Assembly (NCBI GenBank): GCA_964016885.1
Contig: OZ024742.1
Location: 270,754,001-270,818,000, forward strand
DNA: 64,000 nt
DNA from: Eledone cirrhosa
Taxonomy: Eukaryota
Direction of reading: 5' to 3'
Part shown: one piece after another, positions 42,640 to 58,100 of the stretch
Position numbering within the stretch: the first letter of the stretch is position 1
Layout: every line of letters starts with the position of its first letter
Notes under the pieces: generated by a model
Told to the model about the DNA's origin: nothing
Seen by the model: the letters and a program-made list of their open reading frames with translations, nothing else
Databases searched by the model: none
Program-made: the position numbers and the translations under genes

Positions 42640-42780
42640 GATTTCCTGATGATTGCCTTTCGAATGAAACATTTCTAGTCCTGTAAAAGTCATTTCTGTA
42701 TTAAATATTCTAAATACTCTACAATGCATGCGTTGATTACCTTACTTATTCTTGTTACCCCCAATTGAACTTGGGGTACA
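42640..42780 (+). mobile_element. decayed PLE pseudo-LTR end related to 3405-3545
   Basis: ttcctgatgatt...gaatgaaacatttctagtcctgta...ccttactta. Confidence 0.55.
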
Positions 42781-42798
42781 CACATACACACCACACGT

Positions 42799-42840
<42 letters not shown>

Positions 42841-43112
42841 GTGTGTGTGTGTCTGTGTGTGTGTGTGAGTGTGTGTATGTACGTGTCTGTGTGTATGTGT
42901 GTGTACGTGTGTGTGTATGTGTGCATGTGTGATTTCAATACCCGATACATCTGATTTTTGTGAAATACAATTATGATTGTCCGGCAATTTCTTTTTTTTT
43001 TTATATTACCATAATTAATGCTTAACTCTTCTCTCAGAGTACAGGTATTATATGTGAAAAATATATATATGTAAGTTTTAACAGAAAAATATGTTTCAAA
43101 CAGAAAAATATG

Positions 43113-43225
43113 TTTCAAATCCCGCCGAGGTTGACTTTGCCTTTCATCCTTACGGGGTCGATAAAATAAAGTACCAGTAATGCACTGGTAATTGCTGGCC
43201 TTGTGCCTAAAGTAGAAACAATTAT
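43113..43225 (+). mobile_element. 5'-truncated SINE
   Basis: ttcaaatcccgccgaggttgactttgcctttcatccttacggggtcgataaaat...ggccttgtgcctaaagtagaaacaatta. Confidence 0.85.
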
Positions 43226-44560
43226 TTAAAACTATTTAATAAAACTCAAGAATGCTCAGTGTGATTTTTACAAATGTTCGGAGATATGTATATCAGCCAA
43301 TAATATCAAATTACCCATTCTGGATCTCAATAAATAAATACAAATAGTATTTCTATTTTCTACGAGGTTTAATGATTCGCTGTTCGTGACATCCATATTT
43401 TCGCCAAGAGCAATATGAACGTAAGAGGAATAAATTACAACAATAATCGAACGTGACTTGCGCATAGTTGATATTTTGGTAACGAATTTATTACGCTACA
43501 CCACATATATTAATTGAGTAACATTGCAATCACAAAGTAACACTCAAATGGATAACAAATGGACAATTGTCTTTAGATTTACTAATCATTTACATGGTGG
43601 ATGAAAACAAAATTGGTTATATGTCGGGCTATTATGCTTAATCTGAAATGTTAATGTGAATTTTCTTAAATAAATATTTTAATGAATTGTGGCTAACAAG
43701 TTACAGCTGCAGCATTTTACCTAAATATTTTAAAATATCGTCAAATTGCCATCAGCTGACATTCAGGAATGGATTAATATCAACAAAAAACAAAAAAACC
43801 AATGGACATTCCAAAGGTTAGAATGAATGAAATTCTACACGTTATATTTTATTTTAATATCAATGTCGAAAATAAGCACACTATATGAACGGCATGACAA
43901 ATTAAACCGATTTAACTAAACAACACAATACATTCCATGCCACTGTTCCGACATTTGTAGTAATAGGTCTTGTTCGACAGTTGACCAACGCTTTTCTGCA
44001 GATGTTTCTAATTCTAAATATGCGTAGGAGAGAAATAGAAAATATCCACCACAATTAAAGCTTGTATTTTTTTTTTAGAATTTGACTGTTAAGCAAAATG
44101 AGACAGATCGTTTACTCATTGATGCTTTTAGATTAAAATTATTAATAAATCACTACATTTTAATTACTTTATGCTTTGTTTGGACTTGTTTTATTAAGAT
44201 CATATCTATATATTCTAAAACAGAGAATGTCTGTATGTATGACTGTCTGTCTGTCTGTCTGTCTGTATGCCTGTCTGTCTGTCTATCTAAAACTCGAGAA
44301 CCACCCAACCGATTTTTTTCAAACTTTACACATAATACTTATGGTCGTGTGAGTGTTTTGAGCAAAAGATATTTCAATGTTTCCATGCCCAAGGGACCGC
44401 ATTAGGCACCGTTTAGCGATCTCCCTATCTTTCTTAGTCTGTCTTTTTAGATAGATACATAGCTATAATGTCGCACCCTTATAATATATGTCTCTATGTC
44501 TGGCTGTCTGCATTACGACATCATGACATATGCGTGTGTGTATATATATGTATATATATA

Positions 44561-44640
<80 letters not shown>

Positions 44641-44654
44641 TATATATATATATA

Positions 44655-45132
44655 TAAAATAAAGTTAAATAAAAGTCAAATGATTAAAATTTAGCTTCGT
44701 TTATTACTGCTATATATATTTCAGTGACAGCCATCTTTGGCTGTGACCTCTTCAGGTAGTTTGAATTAGTATGGTATAGACAAGTACATATGTTGTTTAG
44801 GTGTATGATATTGTCAATACTCTGATATGCCCAGTTCCTTGCTGGGTTGTTAATTCACTGGGGAACTGGAGTCATATCTGGGTTGTTAATTCACTGGGGA
44901 ACTGGAGCCATATGACTCCAGTTCCCCAGTGAATTAACAACCCAGCAAGGAACTGGGCATATCAGAGTATTGACAATATCATACACCTAAACAACATATG
45001 TACTTGTCTATACCATACTAATTCAAACTGCCTGAAGAGGTCACAGCCAAAGATGGCTGTCACTGAAATATATATAGCAGTAATAAACGAAGCTAAATTT
45101 TAATCATTTGACTTTTATTTAACTTTATTTTA
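44655..45132. repeat. near-perfect 223-bp inverted repeat (PLE pseudo-LTR pair) with an HHR on each arm
   Basis: 44655-44877 vs 44910-45132, one mismatch seen; 32-bp spacer duplicates the end of the left arm. Confidence 0.9.
45027..45081 (+). ncRNA. intact type I hammerhead ribozyme (mirror copy 44706-44760 on minus strand)
   Basis: actgc-CTGAAGA-ggtcacagcca aaga tggctgtcact-GAAA-tatata-TA-gcagt. Confidence 0.8.
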
Positions 45133-45305
45133 CACTACTCCGGAGTAACCAAACCAACCTGCGCACTTCGTCGAGTGCTCCAGCCTGCATACTGAGGTGT
45201 TGGTATACAACCAACATAAACTCAAAATCTCTATATATATATATATATAGTGTGTGTGCAATGTTTTTCGAAATATTTACTTCTGCGTTCACAGATTGAT
45301 TTTTT

Positions 45306-45356
45306 AGTTTCAGAAGATCCCGTTAAGGCTGAAAGCACCGATTCTTCGCTTAAACT
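45306..45356 (+). ncRNA. hammerhead-like motif, CAGAAGA core variant
   Basis: agttt-CAGAAGA-tcccgttaaggct-GAAA-gc...gc-TT-aaact. Confidence 0.55.
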
Positions 45357-45367
45357 TTAATCTGTTA

Positions 45368-45421
<54 letters not shown>

Positions 45422-47107
45422 TATTCGTGTACAGATGTGTTTGCATACACAATAACAAAATACAAACAAAGGCATTTATTTCACGAGGCTCGACAGCCAC
45501 AAAAACAACAACAAAAAAAGAGACGGAACGCAATTACATGCTTTTGAAAAATCTTAATGGAAAGTTATTGCCTATTCACCCAAGGTGACTTCACTTTTTT
45601 ATTAGGACATCTGCATGAATTGGTGAACATACGCCGAAACTGTTTCAGAAAGGAGGGATAAACATGCCAATCTATGTTTAGAATCCCGAGCAAAGCCGGG
45701 TCATTCTGCTAGTATATACATAAAATAATTGATATAATATGCATGGCGTTACATTACGTTTGAAGGCAAATATTTCATAATGTACGTAGTAGATCTACAA
45801 TGCGCAAGATCATGCACAAGTGATATTTGAACGAGATCTCGGGTTGACCTCAGGAGTGGGAAAAGGGCATAAAACGAAAAATATGTTGATCCGTTCGCTA
45901 ATTGATGCGGCTCTTATTTAATAATGCGAATTGCTTGGATGTATTTTCTTTCTCGATGGATGATAATAATTCGAGTCAATTGATGATATAATGTAATTTA
46001 TGGGACTAAGTGACATGCAAAATCGAATGTTATAGTGTGGAAATAGAGGTGGATATAGCAAATCTGTTTGTTTTGACTGGGCATTCGAGCTGCAGGTTTT
46101 CTATGACAAAAGTAAGCGTCTCTTCAGGTTTGATTAGCCCTTAAATACCTAGTGTTTTTATTTAATAGAGGTGTTATTACTCGGAACCAATCGCTCTTGA
46201 ATCCAGAAATTCTCACTGAGGGAGAGGGAATATATTATTGTTCAGTTAATATATGCTCTTTTTCATTTTTACTCTACGGGGGATGCTCTATATGTTACTT
46301 TCCGAAATCGTTTCAGCAAGGCCGTAGTTGTTTTCATTTCAGAATGCCTAAATGAAGAAAAAAGTTAATATAATGTTTTTCAAGTTGTTCTTGTACCAAA
46401 CCAACATATTCATTTCGCTATAAACATACACAATGAAAAAGGTTTTGTAGGATGCCTATTATTTTTGTTTATATTTTTGTTGACATTTCTTCCAATATTC
46501 AGATGATATTCATAGGGGCTTGAACGCTTAGTCTAGTTTTTCGTTGGATGTGTTTTGGGTGGTTTTAAAATCTCCATTATATACATCTCAAAGATATTTC
46601 ATTTTTCGGCTTTGGGGATTTCACATTTCACATTTACATGTATGTGCTTTTTCCACATACATTCAATTTGCCTTTGTATTTGTAAATACCTTTTGACCTT
46701 TTGGGTGGGGGTATTCTTCCTTTGAATGATAGAGTTTGTGGAGTAAAAAAGATGAGATTTTGGGTAAAGGCGTAGAGTATATTGCGTATCTAAACAGGAT
46801 TTGTGTTCTGTTCAATCAAGTTATTTGCGTCTGCACCTTCATGCGAAAACTGGCGTATTTCCTGATTCAACTCCAGTTTATATACATTCGAAATAATTCA
46901 TTATTTGTCTGTTGCTACAATTTGCCTTTCTGGTTTTCAAACGATATCGATGCTATATTCATGGTTCTTTTATTTTCCTTTACCTATTCTCTGGTTGTTC
47001 AAATATTTCACTGCTAAGCTTCGATTTTATGCATTGGTATAAGAAATATCATATTATTAAACTGTTCATCTGTTCATTACATTGTTATTCGTTTACATTT
47101 CAATAAT

Positions 47108-47292
47108 TGTTTCTACTTTTGGCACAAGGCCAGCAATTATCCCAGTGTATTACTGGTACTTTATTTTATCGACCCAGTAAGGATGAAAGGCAAAGTTAAC
47201 CTCGACGGGATTTGAACTCAGTCCGTAAAGGGACATAACTGTGCTGCAAAGCATGGCGTCCGACCCTCTACCGATACTGCCAATCCACCGCG
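47108..47292 (-). mobile_element. tRNA-derived SINE with 17-bp TSD
   Basis: TSD gtttacatttcaataat at 47091-47107 and 47293-47309. Confidence 0.9.
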
Positions 47293-47506
47293 GTTTACAT
47301 TTCAATAATGGTCATCTTTTTCCTTGTCTGTTGTAAAATAGCATACTGCCTTCTTTTGTAATGTTAGCTTTTTATATTTGTGTGAAGCTTATTTATTGGT
47401 TATTTAGCCAGTTATTCTTTAATTATCTATCCAAATCTAAAAATATTGTATAGTTAATTATATAAAATATCATTTTAAATCTTATATCGCCAAAAATCTT
47501 TCCCAA

Positions 47507-47563
<57 letters not shown>

Positions 47564-50500
47564 TCTAAATTATCGTTCATTTCTAAAAATGTATGCATAA
47601 AATGTATGCTTCGTAGTTTATGCCATTACGTTATCAAAAAATATCTGTCATGAGATGTTTCTCATGTTTGGAAGTTGATCAGAACTGACAGATTGAATTA
47701 TTTGTAAGTCCTGGTGTTTTGATTATGCATTCTGCGTATATCTTTATTAAATACTACTAAAGGTATCGATTATTGCACTGTAGACTTTTGTTTTCCTTTC
47801 TCGCATTATAGTAATATGTGTATTAGTTATTATTATTTATATAATTACTCCATTACTTAGAGTGACCAGAAATGGTTGTACATCGATTAGGAAATATCTG
47901 GACTAAGACAATATTATGCAGCCTATTAAACCGTTTCGTTTCTGGATGTGTGAGTTGGCACACCACAGAATATGTTGTTGTTGTTGTTTTTTATTGAGGG
48001 CCCTACCACATCTATTTACTCAGAAAATCGTGATGTTTGGTTTAACCTCAATCGTAATATGCCCCATTCTGTCATGTCTGAATGTACCTGTTTTGCACAA
48101 TGCCTGTACAACCAAAATGTGTTAAATGTTCCCTCGTAAATTAGACGTATTTGTTTACGAAATTATCCATGAATTATTACTGATGCTGTTGGCTGCTCTC
48201 TAATTTTTTTATGAATTAAGCTACATTGCTTCCTTAATTCTACAAACCAAACCTCTCATATTGCAATTATCGCCGTAAAATGAAATGTTATATTTTGAAG
48301 TACCATAAGAAACCAAAATACCACAAGAGAAAAATATTTCAAGGATGCCTTCGGTATATATATGATTAAAACAAGCAAGAATGTCAAACTCTAAATTCTG
48401 CTGATAAATAACAAGCATAAAAGAAAGTATTTTAAAAAAGAACATTGTGAAATAGCCTTCTTTATACCAGCAATGTGGATAAATCCCACATATATTAAAT
48501 GTTCTGCTGTTATGAGTTTTATTCTATGACATTTTTAGGTGTTCTAGTGCAGAATTGATCAGTTATTACACAATTCGTAGGTGAAGAAGGACTTGTGGGG
48601 ACTTAATTCCTCATTGAAACGCAATGACATTAATATGACATTAATATTTAAACGACAGACTTTGAAATCTGATACTTCATCCAGCAATCCATCTTCTTAC
48701 AAAGAGCTGATACTTTGATAATTTCGAGTAGTCAAACCGGTATCTTTTCACTTACTCATTCGATGTGAATACATGTTTCATCAAGTGAAACTCTGCAAAA
48801 AGCACTTCATGTACGCAGATATTGTGACAGTCGTGTAACTATACAATAATTATATATTTATATAATCTATTCCACCTTTACTTGCCACTCTCAATTCATT
48901 GATGGCTATTATTCTCGTTGACATGAATATTCCGTAGACAACAACAATGAAATAAATACACACAAATATAATGGATAAGTTGCAACAGTTCAGCCTATAC
49001 GATTTAGCCAAGAAAAGAAAAGCTAAACAATGAGGTGGGAAATGTTATATATCTTTTAAGTAGTATCAGTGTCATAATGAATACTCTCGACGTAATGCTT
49101 CACTCAAAGTGAATTGTGACTACGAGAACGATCTTACAATTCAGATCTTATCTATAAAGTACATTACTTAAGTATACGTTATACCTTTTTATATTTTCTC
49201 ACTAGTTTTCAATGCCCATCTGACAAAATTCTGAATATCCACGAACGCAAATTGCCGCTTTAAATGACAAAAGATGATAGAGGATGGTAATATATTCTAA
49301 ATGAAAAAAAAATATTTATAGTGAATCTTAATACGAAAATTGTTCTACAGAAAGAGTACTGTGTACTAAATGAACAACATTATTTTCTGATATCAGAATA
49401 ATGATATTGCTCATAATAACACGGCTTTTATATGCAGATACCATGCTAGGAGCTTGGTAATTGAAAAAGAAAGCGAAGGTTTTGCAAATGAATGACTTGA
49501 TTTCAATATCTACATTATGGGCAAAAGGGAGGGGCATTTGCTTCCACTTTGAATCTTTGCATAGTAGATATGATCTATTATTTCACTGGAGAAACAAAAT
49601 ATATCACTTCAAATTAATCTTGTAATATTTTCCATAATTGATTCACTAAACTTACAATGCTTCAATAAGATTGTTATTTTATTCCCAATAAGCTATTTTG
49701 CGGTTTATTTGAAGTTACTTTGTCGCTACTTTGAAGCTATTTTTTGGCTACTTTGAATGTGAAGCATTACATCGACAGTATTCATTATGACACTGTTACT
49801 ACTTAAAAGAAATAAGATATTTCTAACCTTTTTGTTTGTTCTTTTTATAGGCTAAAACATATAGGCTAAACTGTTTCAGCCTGTCCAAAATTTGGATCAT
49901 CTAATGGAATTTTGTTTTCAGTTTAAATTACAATTATTTCAATAAAATATATTCCATTCTTGCGTTTAAAATCTTTTTCAAATGGATATTGTTTATCACT
50001 AGAAGAATTGCTATACTTTCTTGCGTAATTGGTTTAGCCGGCCTATGGGTGCCGATGTACATTATATTAATGTTCAAACCACCGCAAATATTTGTCTGGC
50101 TCTCTCATAAATATGATTGTACATCAATTTAGCCATCTAAAATCCCCTGGACAACCGAGGAAAATGCTGGATACCACTGAGACTTACATATGTCTATGAC
50201 ATGAATATGTGCTCGACTTATCTTCAACGTACACAGGGAAATTCTTCATCTATTGATCTGATTTTTTACAAAGCACAATATTCTAAACGGTAATAATACA
50301 TCTAGAGAATTCGTCCGCGCTTCTATTATTTATTTGATACCTAGTTCTCTATATTGTGCTTTGCCATCAATATATATATATATATTGCACATAATTGAAG
50401 TCAGATCTGCTGATTTTGTAGAAACATTATTGGCATGTTACAATTATTTCAATATTGATCAACTCGAGTATGTTCAAGGTGACCGAAGCCTGATTATTCT

Positions 50501-52046
50501 TCGACATCGCTTCAGATATGTGAGTTTACATGCGTGATCCACATCTAAATTGCTTACAGATGTCCCGTGTTCCTTCTGTGTACACTTGTTACTGGATTCG
50601 AGTTAGGGTGGGTGGGGAACGAATGTATGTAAAAGAAGAACAGTAAATTTATTTGAGGTATCATTTAGCATTTTGTCATCAGGGTTGGGTCATTGTTGTT
50701 ATGTTTTATATATTTTGCGTAACAATTGCACTACTCGCGTAGCATATAAAACATATTTCATCTGACAGCCATAGGTCTAACATTATGAATGGAAAGTGAT
50801 TAGAAACATCAAATTTGATAGTCAAAAGCATTTTGTCTGTGAACTGTTTCATTTGTTTTCCGAACATTTTAATAAGAATGTTTGTGAAAGTGATAGAAAA
50901 ATACGCTTTTACATTCGCTCCCTCAACTTTTTTTTTTGTGTTTTCCAATATTAACTTATTAATCGACGAAAATATTTGTAATTAAATATATAAAACACAT
51001 GCATATTTTCAAATGCAAGTATAGAAATATTATTCAATATTACAAATATAAATTTCAATAATTACGGGTAATGGCATTTTATATTCACATTACCTACTAA
51101 CCCATTACGTAGTAGAATTCGGATGAGTCTGCAGTATGTTTATTGTTATTTCATACAGTGTTAATGTTTTTTCTCGTCTCTCGTGGTAGACGCTTATATA
51201 TTAGTAATAAGTATAGTATGTGCTTACATGAAATAAAGTAATAAAGACGATATTTTCTATAATAGGCTTTCACAATTATGAAATTACACAAAAGACATAT
51301 GGAGGATGTTTATACAGTATCTACAACGGTATTTAAAGTTGATAGCACTCGAGAAAATATAAGTGTTAAAATGCTATCAAAGTTATATAAAACCGTGACA
51401 AATATTATTGACTTGCAACGTCTCTTGTAGACAAATATTTTTAGCACGCTTTCTTTCAATTCAGTATTATAACCAATAACAAAATAACAGACAACACTAA
51501 ATGTCGTTGTAATATTGTTCTTTTTCGTTTATCCGTTATCTTCTGTATATCACATGTTGTCTACATGGAAACTACAAAACTACGAAACAGCAAAAACAAA
51601 TAAGAAAGCAAAATATCAATTGGTTTTTACTTTGCAGAAAATTTCCAAGATTAGATAATACATATGAAAAGTAAACATTTAGTTGTAATTTGCACAAAAA
51701 AGGAAATATCATATTACAATATATCAATAAATGTATCTTCATGTGCCGGTAAAATATAATTTTGCTTTTCTGAGGTAAATACATTTAAACAACTATTTCT
51801 GTAGTTACTATTTTTAATGAGGAAAATGTCAGCCTTGACATATATTTTTAAAGATCAAAGCAAATGTCTTCACTGCATTACATTATTTACCCCACTTCCA
51901 TCTCATTTATTTCATTTTCTATGTGACCAACTCAGGTAATTCCAGATTTATCTCAAAATGAAGATATTGCTGATAAGTTGTATGATTTCAATGTAATTTA
52001 TTCGTTCTTATCTAACAAATAAACGAGAAATGTATACTTGTGTCTA

Positions 52047-52240
<194 letters not shown>

Positions 52241-53835
52241 CATTATATATAATGTATAACCTATGAGTATTACAATAAATGCAAATCATAATGAATAAAG
52301 TGATGCCATATAATGCTACGATGCCTAAAGACGCAATTAATTGAGAGGATTAGCTGAATTTAGATCAATGAAAAAACACATACTTTCGCTGTTTCATAAT
52401 CGAGATATTAAATAGTATATTTCGAAAAGTTAGGAAGACATTAAACAAACCACATATTTTGTGAATAACGATTGGTAGCTTGATGAGAATTGAAGCGTAT
52501 TTTGAACACGACAGGACATACCCAGATTACAGTATAAAGAATCCTAGTCACAAGCTTATTAAACGCTGGATTATAGAAACCTGATAATTTAAATATCATT
52601 TTCTCATGTTTATATGAAAGGTCATCATAAAAACAATTAACATTTTAGTGGTTGGACATCCTTCCAAGCATGTTTGATTGAAGTATAATGTTAAGAAAAA
52701 TTCTAACACTTATTTAAATTTGAAAATAATACTTTAGTCTATCGGCTCTGAGCCATTGGTATCGCATATTTGCGTTTTTTAAATAGAAACAAAACAAGGC
52801 AATTTATATATTTGTTTGCTATCTGCTAATGTATTTACTTCAGTGAAATATACGAATATAAAACTTATTCATTGATATGTAAGAATGTAAAACGTTTCAG
52901 GTTTTATTGAATTCATCAGTAGTGCCGAAATTTCTTCCATATATGTCGATGTGCTTCACATAGAATAGGACCTACACATGAAAAATATGTGAATAGGAGC
53001 TAAATTAGAAAATATGTGCTGAAAACCGATCACTGTCTGAAAGATGATGGACTCACGCTGCTTGTAGGAGTAAGTTTCCATGCCAACTATATGATTTATT
53101 AAGGCCCCATCTAAGATATAATCTAAATCTACTTATTCCGCCATGTCAGTGTCTTACATTATCTTATAATCACTCAGAATTTGTTTACGCTGTGGAGAGA
53201 ATTATAATTAATGTGGGTTTTTCTAACTCAATCTAGTATGACCACGATTTATTCCTTATTGATATTTAAAGTGTCATGTCTAAATATAAAATATTTATTA
53301 ATTCGCTTTCATTCATCATTTCTTTACTCGTTTATGGTATAGCTTCGTGAAACCTTCCACCGCTTTACTTAATGGATTATGCTCATTATGCTCAACTCGA
53401 TAGGTATTGTACCCACCCCTACCGCCGTTAAAACATTAACATACTTTCTTGAGGTTATACAATTGATGTTACGATTTAGTTTTGTAAACCTCATGAACTT
53501 AGATATTAAATGATCTGCATATTTCAGTTAGGGAGCAGTTAACAAAATTAAAATGGCTGCTCATTTCATATTCACCTTTGGCTTACATAGACAGGAATTT
53601 TCTTAAAAGCATAGCAGTATTAAGAGATGCTCCCATATGCAGGATATTACATGAATTCAGATTCTGTATAAACAGTCCTCAAAAATCTGTGATTTACATC
53701 CCACTTTTTCTGTCGCCAATGGAATCCCTAACACCTTATTATTCCAGCACCTCCTATTTTCGTAGCTTATCTTCACATATTTTAAAGTAATTTAGCGTTC
53801 ACTCTACTATCTGCTGTGACAGATAAATCATTAAA

Positions 53836-54769
53836 ATTATTATTATTATTTTCTTGGAGTCTCAGTCGTTGATGTTATTTAACTGGAAAGTTTGTTCAAA
53901 TGAAAATCAAGCCGCTAACAGCAGCCTCAGATATTCAGGACATACTTAGGGTTCTTGCTGTTCCCAGCAAGCATGCCTTTTGAAGTGTTCCAAAATATGG
54001 GGCTGAACTATTGTTCTTTAATTATCCTTGAAAACCTTTGAGATAGTACCTACTGCTCCTATGACAATTGGTATGACCTTGATCCCGTGACAGTCCCAAA
54101 TCCTTTTTAACTCCCACTTTAAATCCTGGTATCTGTTAATTTTCTCTTTCTTCTTTTCTTGCACTCTCGTTTCAAAGGGGCAGGCTACATCTACAACCAA
54201 GCACGATCTTTGTCCTAGTCCAAAAGTCAGGCCTATTGTGTTCTAATTCCTTGTACGTCTGCATCCTGAAATCCCATAGCTCCTTCACTTGATCGTTTTC
54301 TATCAGCGTCTCTGTTTTATGCTCATACCACTTCTCAGAATGTGGTAAATTGTTTAGTTTGCATAGATTCCAGTGAATCACCTTTCCTATCATATCATGT
54401 GTCCAGCCTTTATAGTGAGTCTGGGCTAGGTATTTACACTCAGATACAATGTGAGCCAGTCTCCTCTCTTTCTCTCCACATATCCTACACAGTGAGTTAG
54501 CCTCCTCCTTGTCAATATAATGTTTCACCCACTTCGTTCTGAGGGATTGCTCTTGCGCAACCATTAGCATTCCTTCTGTAGCTTTTTTGAGGTTTCCTCT
54601 TTTTAATCCGTTCCATGTATGTGGACCTCTAAATTCCGTTTTCTTAAAGAAGGTGCTATGAAGGGATTTTTCAAGAAGGTAGGACACCCCCTGGTCTATT
54701 GTCTTCTCTTTCAGTACAATGTTGAGCATTGGCTCCCTACTGTTAGACACATTATTATTATTATTATTA
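53836..54769 (-). mobile_element. 5'-truncated R4/Dong retrotransposon flanked by (TAA)n
   Basis: CRICGEKERRLAHIVSECKYLA...HNRPD; VDVACPF...EKINRYQDLKWELKRIW...VIPIVIGAVG; (tta)n at both ends. Confidence 0.9.
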
Positions 54770-55151
54770 AGGCGGACGAAAATAATTTTCCACATGGAGG
54801 AACAGCGGGTTGTTCGAAGGGTGGAACAGACGATTCCAACCAATCACAAGACAGAGGCAAGAACAAAAGAGGCAGCAGCAGCCACAGTGGCTGTGGGAAT
54901 GTCAACAACAGCAGCAGCAGCGACAGTGGTAGTGGTGGTGACAATAGCAGCAGCAGCCACTCGAAAAGTAGCAGCAGCAGCGCAATGTAAAACTATCGCG
55001 AAACTGTTCCGTCATTAGAAGGATCAACAAACACCACCGCCTCCTCCATCTTAATAACAACAACCACAACAATAAAGAACCCATAGAGCAACAACTGTAA
55101 CAGCAGCAACACAGAAGAAAAAAAATAACAAGACCACCACAACCATCACCG

Positions 55152-55182
<31 letters not shown>

Positions 55183-58100
55183 AGGCAAGACTAGCGACGA
55201 GTCAGTACAGCAGACGACAACGACATCGTTCGATAAAGCGGCAAACAATGTTGAACAGGTACCCATCACCAACGCGGAGAAAAAGGAAGCCAAGATCTTG
55301 GTTAAAAAGTCAGGACACAGGGTTGTTCTCACCCGCCCAGCTAATACAATGACAAACAAGGCTTTTGTTCGGTCAGTTATCGCACAATTGCAATAAAATC
55401 GCGCCGAGTCGAGCGGGCAATGGAGTCACAGGTCCAAAGGGCTATGGGTGCCGCCTGGGTACAGAAAACATACATAGTCCGAGGATCGAGGTATGGCACT
55501 GTGGATGTGCTCTTCACTACACCGGAAGAAGCCAGAGCACACTCCATTGCGCCACTCCGCAGTGACGTAATAATAATTGGCACAAGGCCAGCAAATACCC
55601 AGTACATTACTGGTACTTTATTTTATCGAGCCCATACGGATGAAAGGCAAAGTTAACCTCAGCGGGATTTGAACTCAGACCATAAAGGGCCGTAACTCTA
55701 CGCTGCAAAGTATGGTGTCTGTCCCTCTACAGATACTGTCAATCCACCGCTCTGTGACGTAATAATAATGATGCCCATATACTGCGACCAGAGAGTCGTG
55801 AGGGTTTGAGTAACTCAGGTTCCACCCTCAGTGGAGATCGCGTGGCTGATGGCGGCCGTCCTCGCTGTCGTCGAGGATTCAACAACTCTCCTCGACATCA
55901 TGCGGATGAGACAGGAGAATTGGACAGGGTCGGGGATGGAGCTAATCATCCAAGCCAACCATGAGTGCATCGAGGCCATCTCCGATGAAACAGACCTGGA
56001 CGACGGCAGCCATTTACTTGTGACTGTCGAAGTTAGGAGCCCAAGGTGTCATGGGTGCGGTGACAAGACGCATCTTAAAGCCTTCATCCCCAAACTCAGC
56101 AAGACGGGCACGCACTACTCCTTCTCCCTACGCCGTGCCCCGTAACTGGAGTGGACAATCCAACCAAGCCCACAGTGGCAGAATAAAAATTGCTATCACC
56201 AACAACAAACACACCATCTCCTCTTCCACCAACAGTACCAATGGAGAGCATGCCCCTTCCCGATATTGCTAAATCGGACGAGGAGTGCGATGAGGCTGAA
56301 GGATAGAAAACCATCCCAGCAAAAACAAGGAAGAATTCCCTACCTTCGCCCTCCAAAAAAGAAAGATGAAGAAAGAAACCAAAGAAAGAAAATGAAAACG
56401 GCACCACCACCTCCACCACCGTCAATAGTCACACCTCCACAACCACCTACATCAAAGCCACCACCACCAACAACACCAACACCAACCCCATCATTAGCAT
56501 TTATCCCATCGTCCACACATAAAAATAATAGAAATCACCCCAGAAATTTACTTGACATAAAAAAAAATGTTCCCCACATCAATTGGAGAATACCGAAGGA
56601 ACATCACTAAATGAATATTCACAGACATTGTCGTGGAGAAGCCCGCCACTAATCGGAGACATGAAACAACCACCCCCTTCCTAAAAAAGAGCCACAGGTA
56701 AATTGTTTCCCTCTCTCTTGTTTTCCTCCTATCCTAGCCAACATGGCTTCTCTCAGGATAGGTAGCATAAATGCACGTGGCCTGAGGTCGTCTTGGAAGC
56801 AGGGCTAGCTGCTCAACAATTTCAGGTCGCTAAACATAGATGAGGTGGCCATCAGCGAGACCACAATCTCCGAGGCACGAGCATACACACCAATTTCCGG
56901 CGGCTACGAAGTGTACACATCTCCAAGCCGTCGCGGATCAGGGGTGGGTGGGCGGTGTTCCGGAGAAACCAGAAGGTAAGTTGGTGGTGCTGGACGTGAC
57001 AAGCGGAGAAGTTCAAGCGTTCATGCTAGTGGCCGTGTATGCCCCAACAGGAGCAGGACGGCCTGACATCTTCCAGCGTCTGGAGACCTTTCTTGGAATG
57101 TCTCGCTCTTTAGTGTTACTGGGTAACTGGAACGGGATCTTAGATGCACGCTGGGACTGTGTGGGATTAGCGGATAGGGGAGGAGGGTATAAAAGCCTTG
57201 CAAACATGCTCATACGTTTTCAACTGTCTGACAAGTACCGTTTGGATTTCCCGAAAGTGCAAGTGTGGACTTGAAAAACCGTATCGGGTCGGCCAGATCA
57301 TATCTAGATAGGGTAATTTGTAGTGAAATAGATAGGTCTAGCATAGGCTATCCACAATTGAAGATAGTCAACTACACGGACCACAAAATTGAGATCTGTG
57401 TGGTTGACTTATATAGGCTTCATAGACAGCTACTGGAAGCTAAACGCGTCGTTAAGAGCACGCAACGATTACAGAGGCAGGGTTAGCGAATTAGTAAAGC
57501 TGGCGTTGACGTGGGCCAGTGTCAACAACAATTGGTGGTTTGCCATTAAAGGAGCAATTAGAATAGAGTCCATTAGGTTTAGTAATGTCTTTGCATTAGA
57601 GAAAAATAGAGCAGAGGGATAACTAGTTAGCAAATTAGACAAGGCCCTTAGTAAAGGCATGGAGACCGACGTGCTGGCAGCGAAATTGGCCCTCGACCAA
57701 TTTTTCCACGCAAAGCACGAAGGCTGCCTTGTCAGAGCTAGGACACGTGCTCTCAGACACGGGGGGACGAAAGCCGTTCGATGGGCCCGAGTGGCGGAGG
57801 CGTGTCGTGACAACAAAGCCACGATCCGGACTTTGGTGGACCATGATGGGCACAGCTACACGATCCCGGGGAAATGTGTGCGGCTTTTCAGTGACACTTC
57901 GCTCAGTTGTTCAGGGCAGCGGCGGAACAGATCGCGGGTTGGATTTTAGTGCCTACCTTGACGGACTGCCGTGGCTCTCCGCCACTGAGGTGGAGTGTTG
58001 CGAAAAGCCGATGACAGCTGCTGAAGTACGGGAGGCAATGACTGGATGCACAATGTGTAAAACACCTGTTTGGATGATCTGCGCTAAGAACGTTACGGAC

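Larger units (their letters stand above)
44205..45712 (+). mobile_element. non-autonomous Helitron with nested PLE fragments
   Basis: A^TCtatata 5' end, (CTGT)n tract and aaaactcgagaacc...aaccgatt; 3' hairpin cccgagcaaagccggg then CTAG^T. Confidence 0.75.

Noticed and set aside
56266-56610. Proline-rich ORF resembling a host extensin- or formin-like protein
   Set aside because: Lies between the LINE ORF1 knuckle and the ORF2 start; low-complexity LINE sequence.
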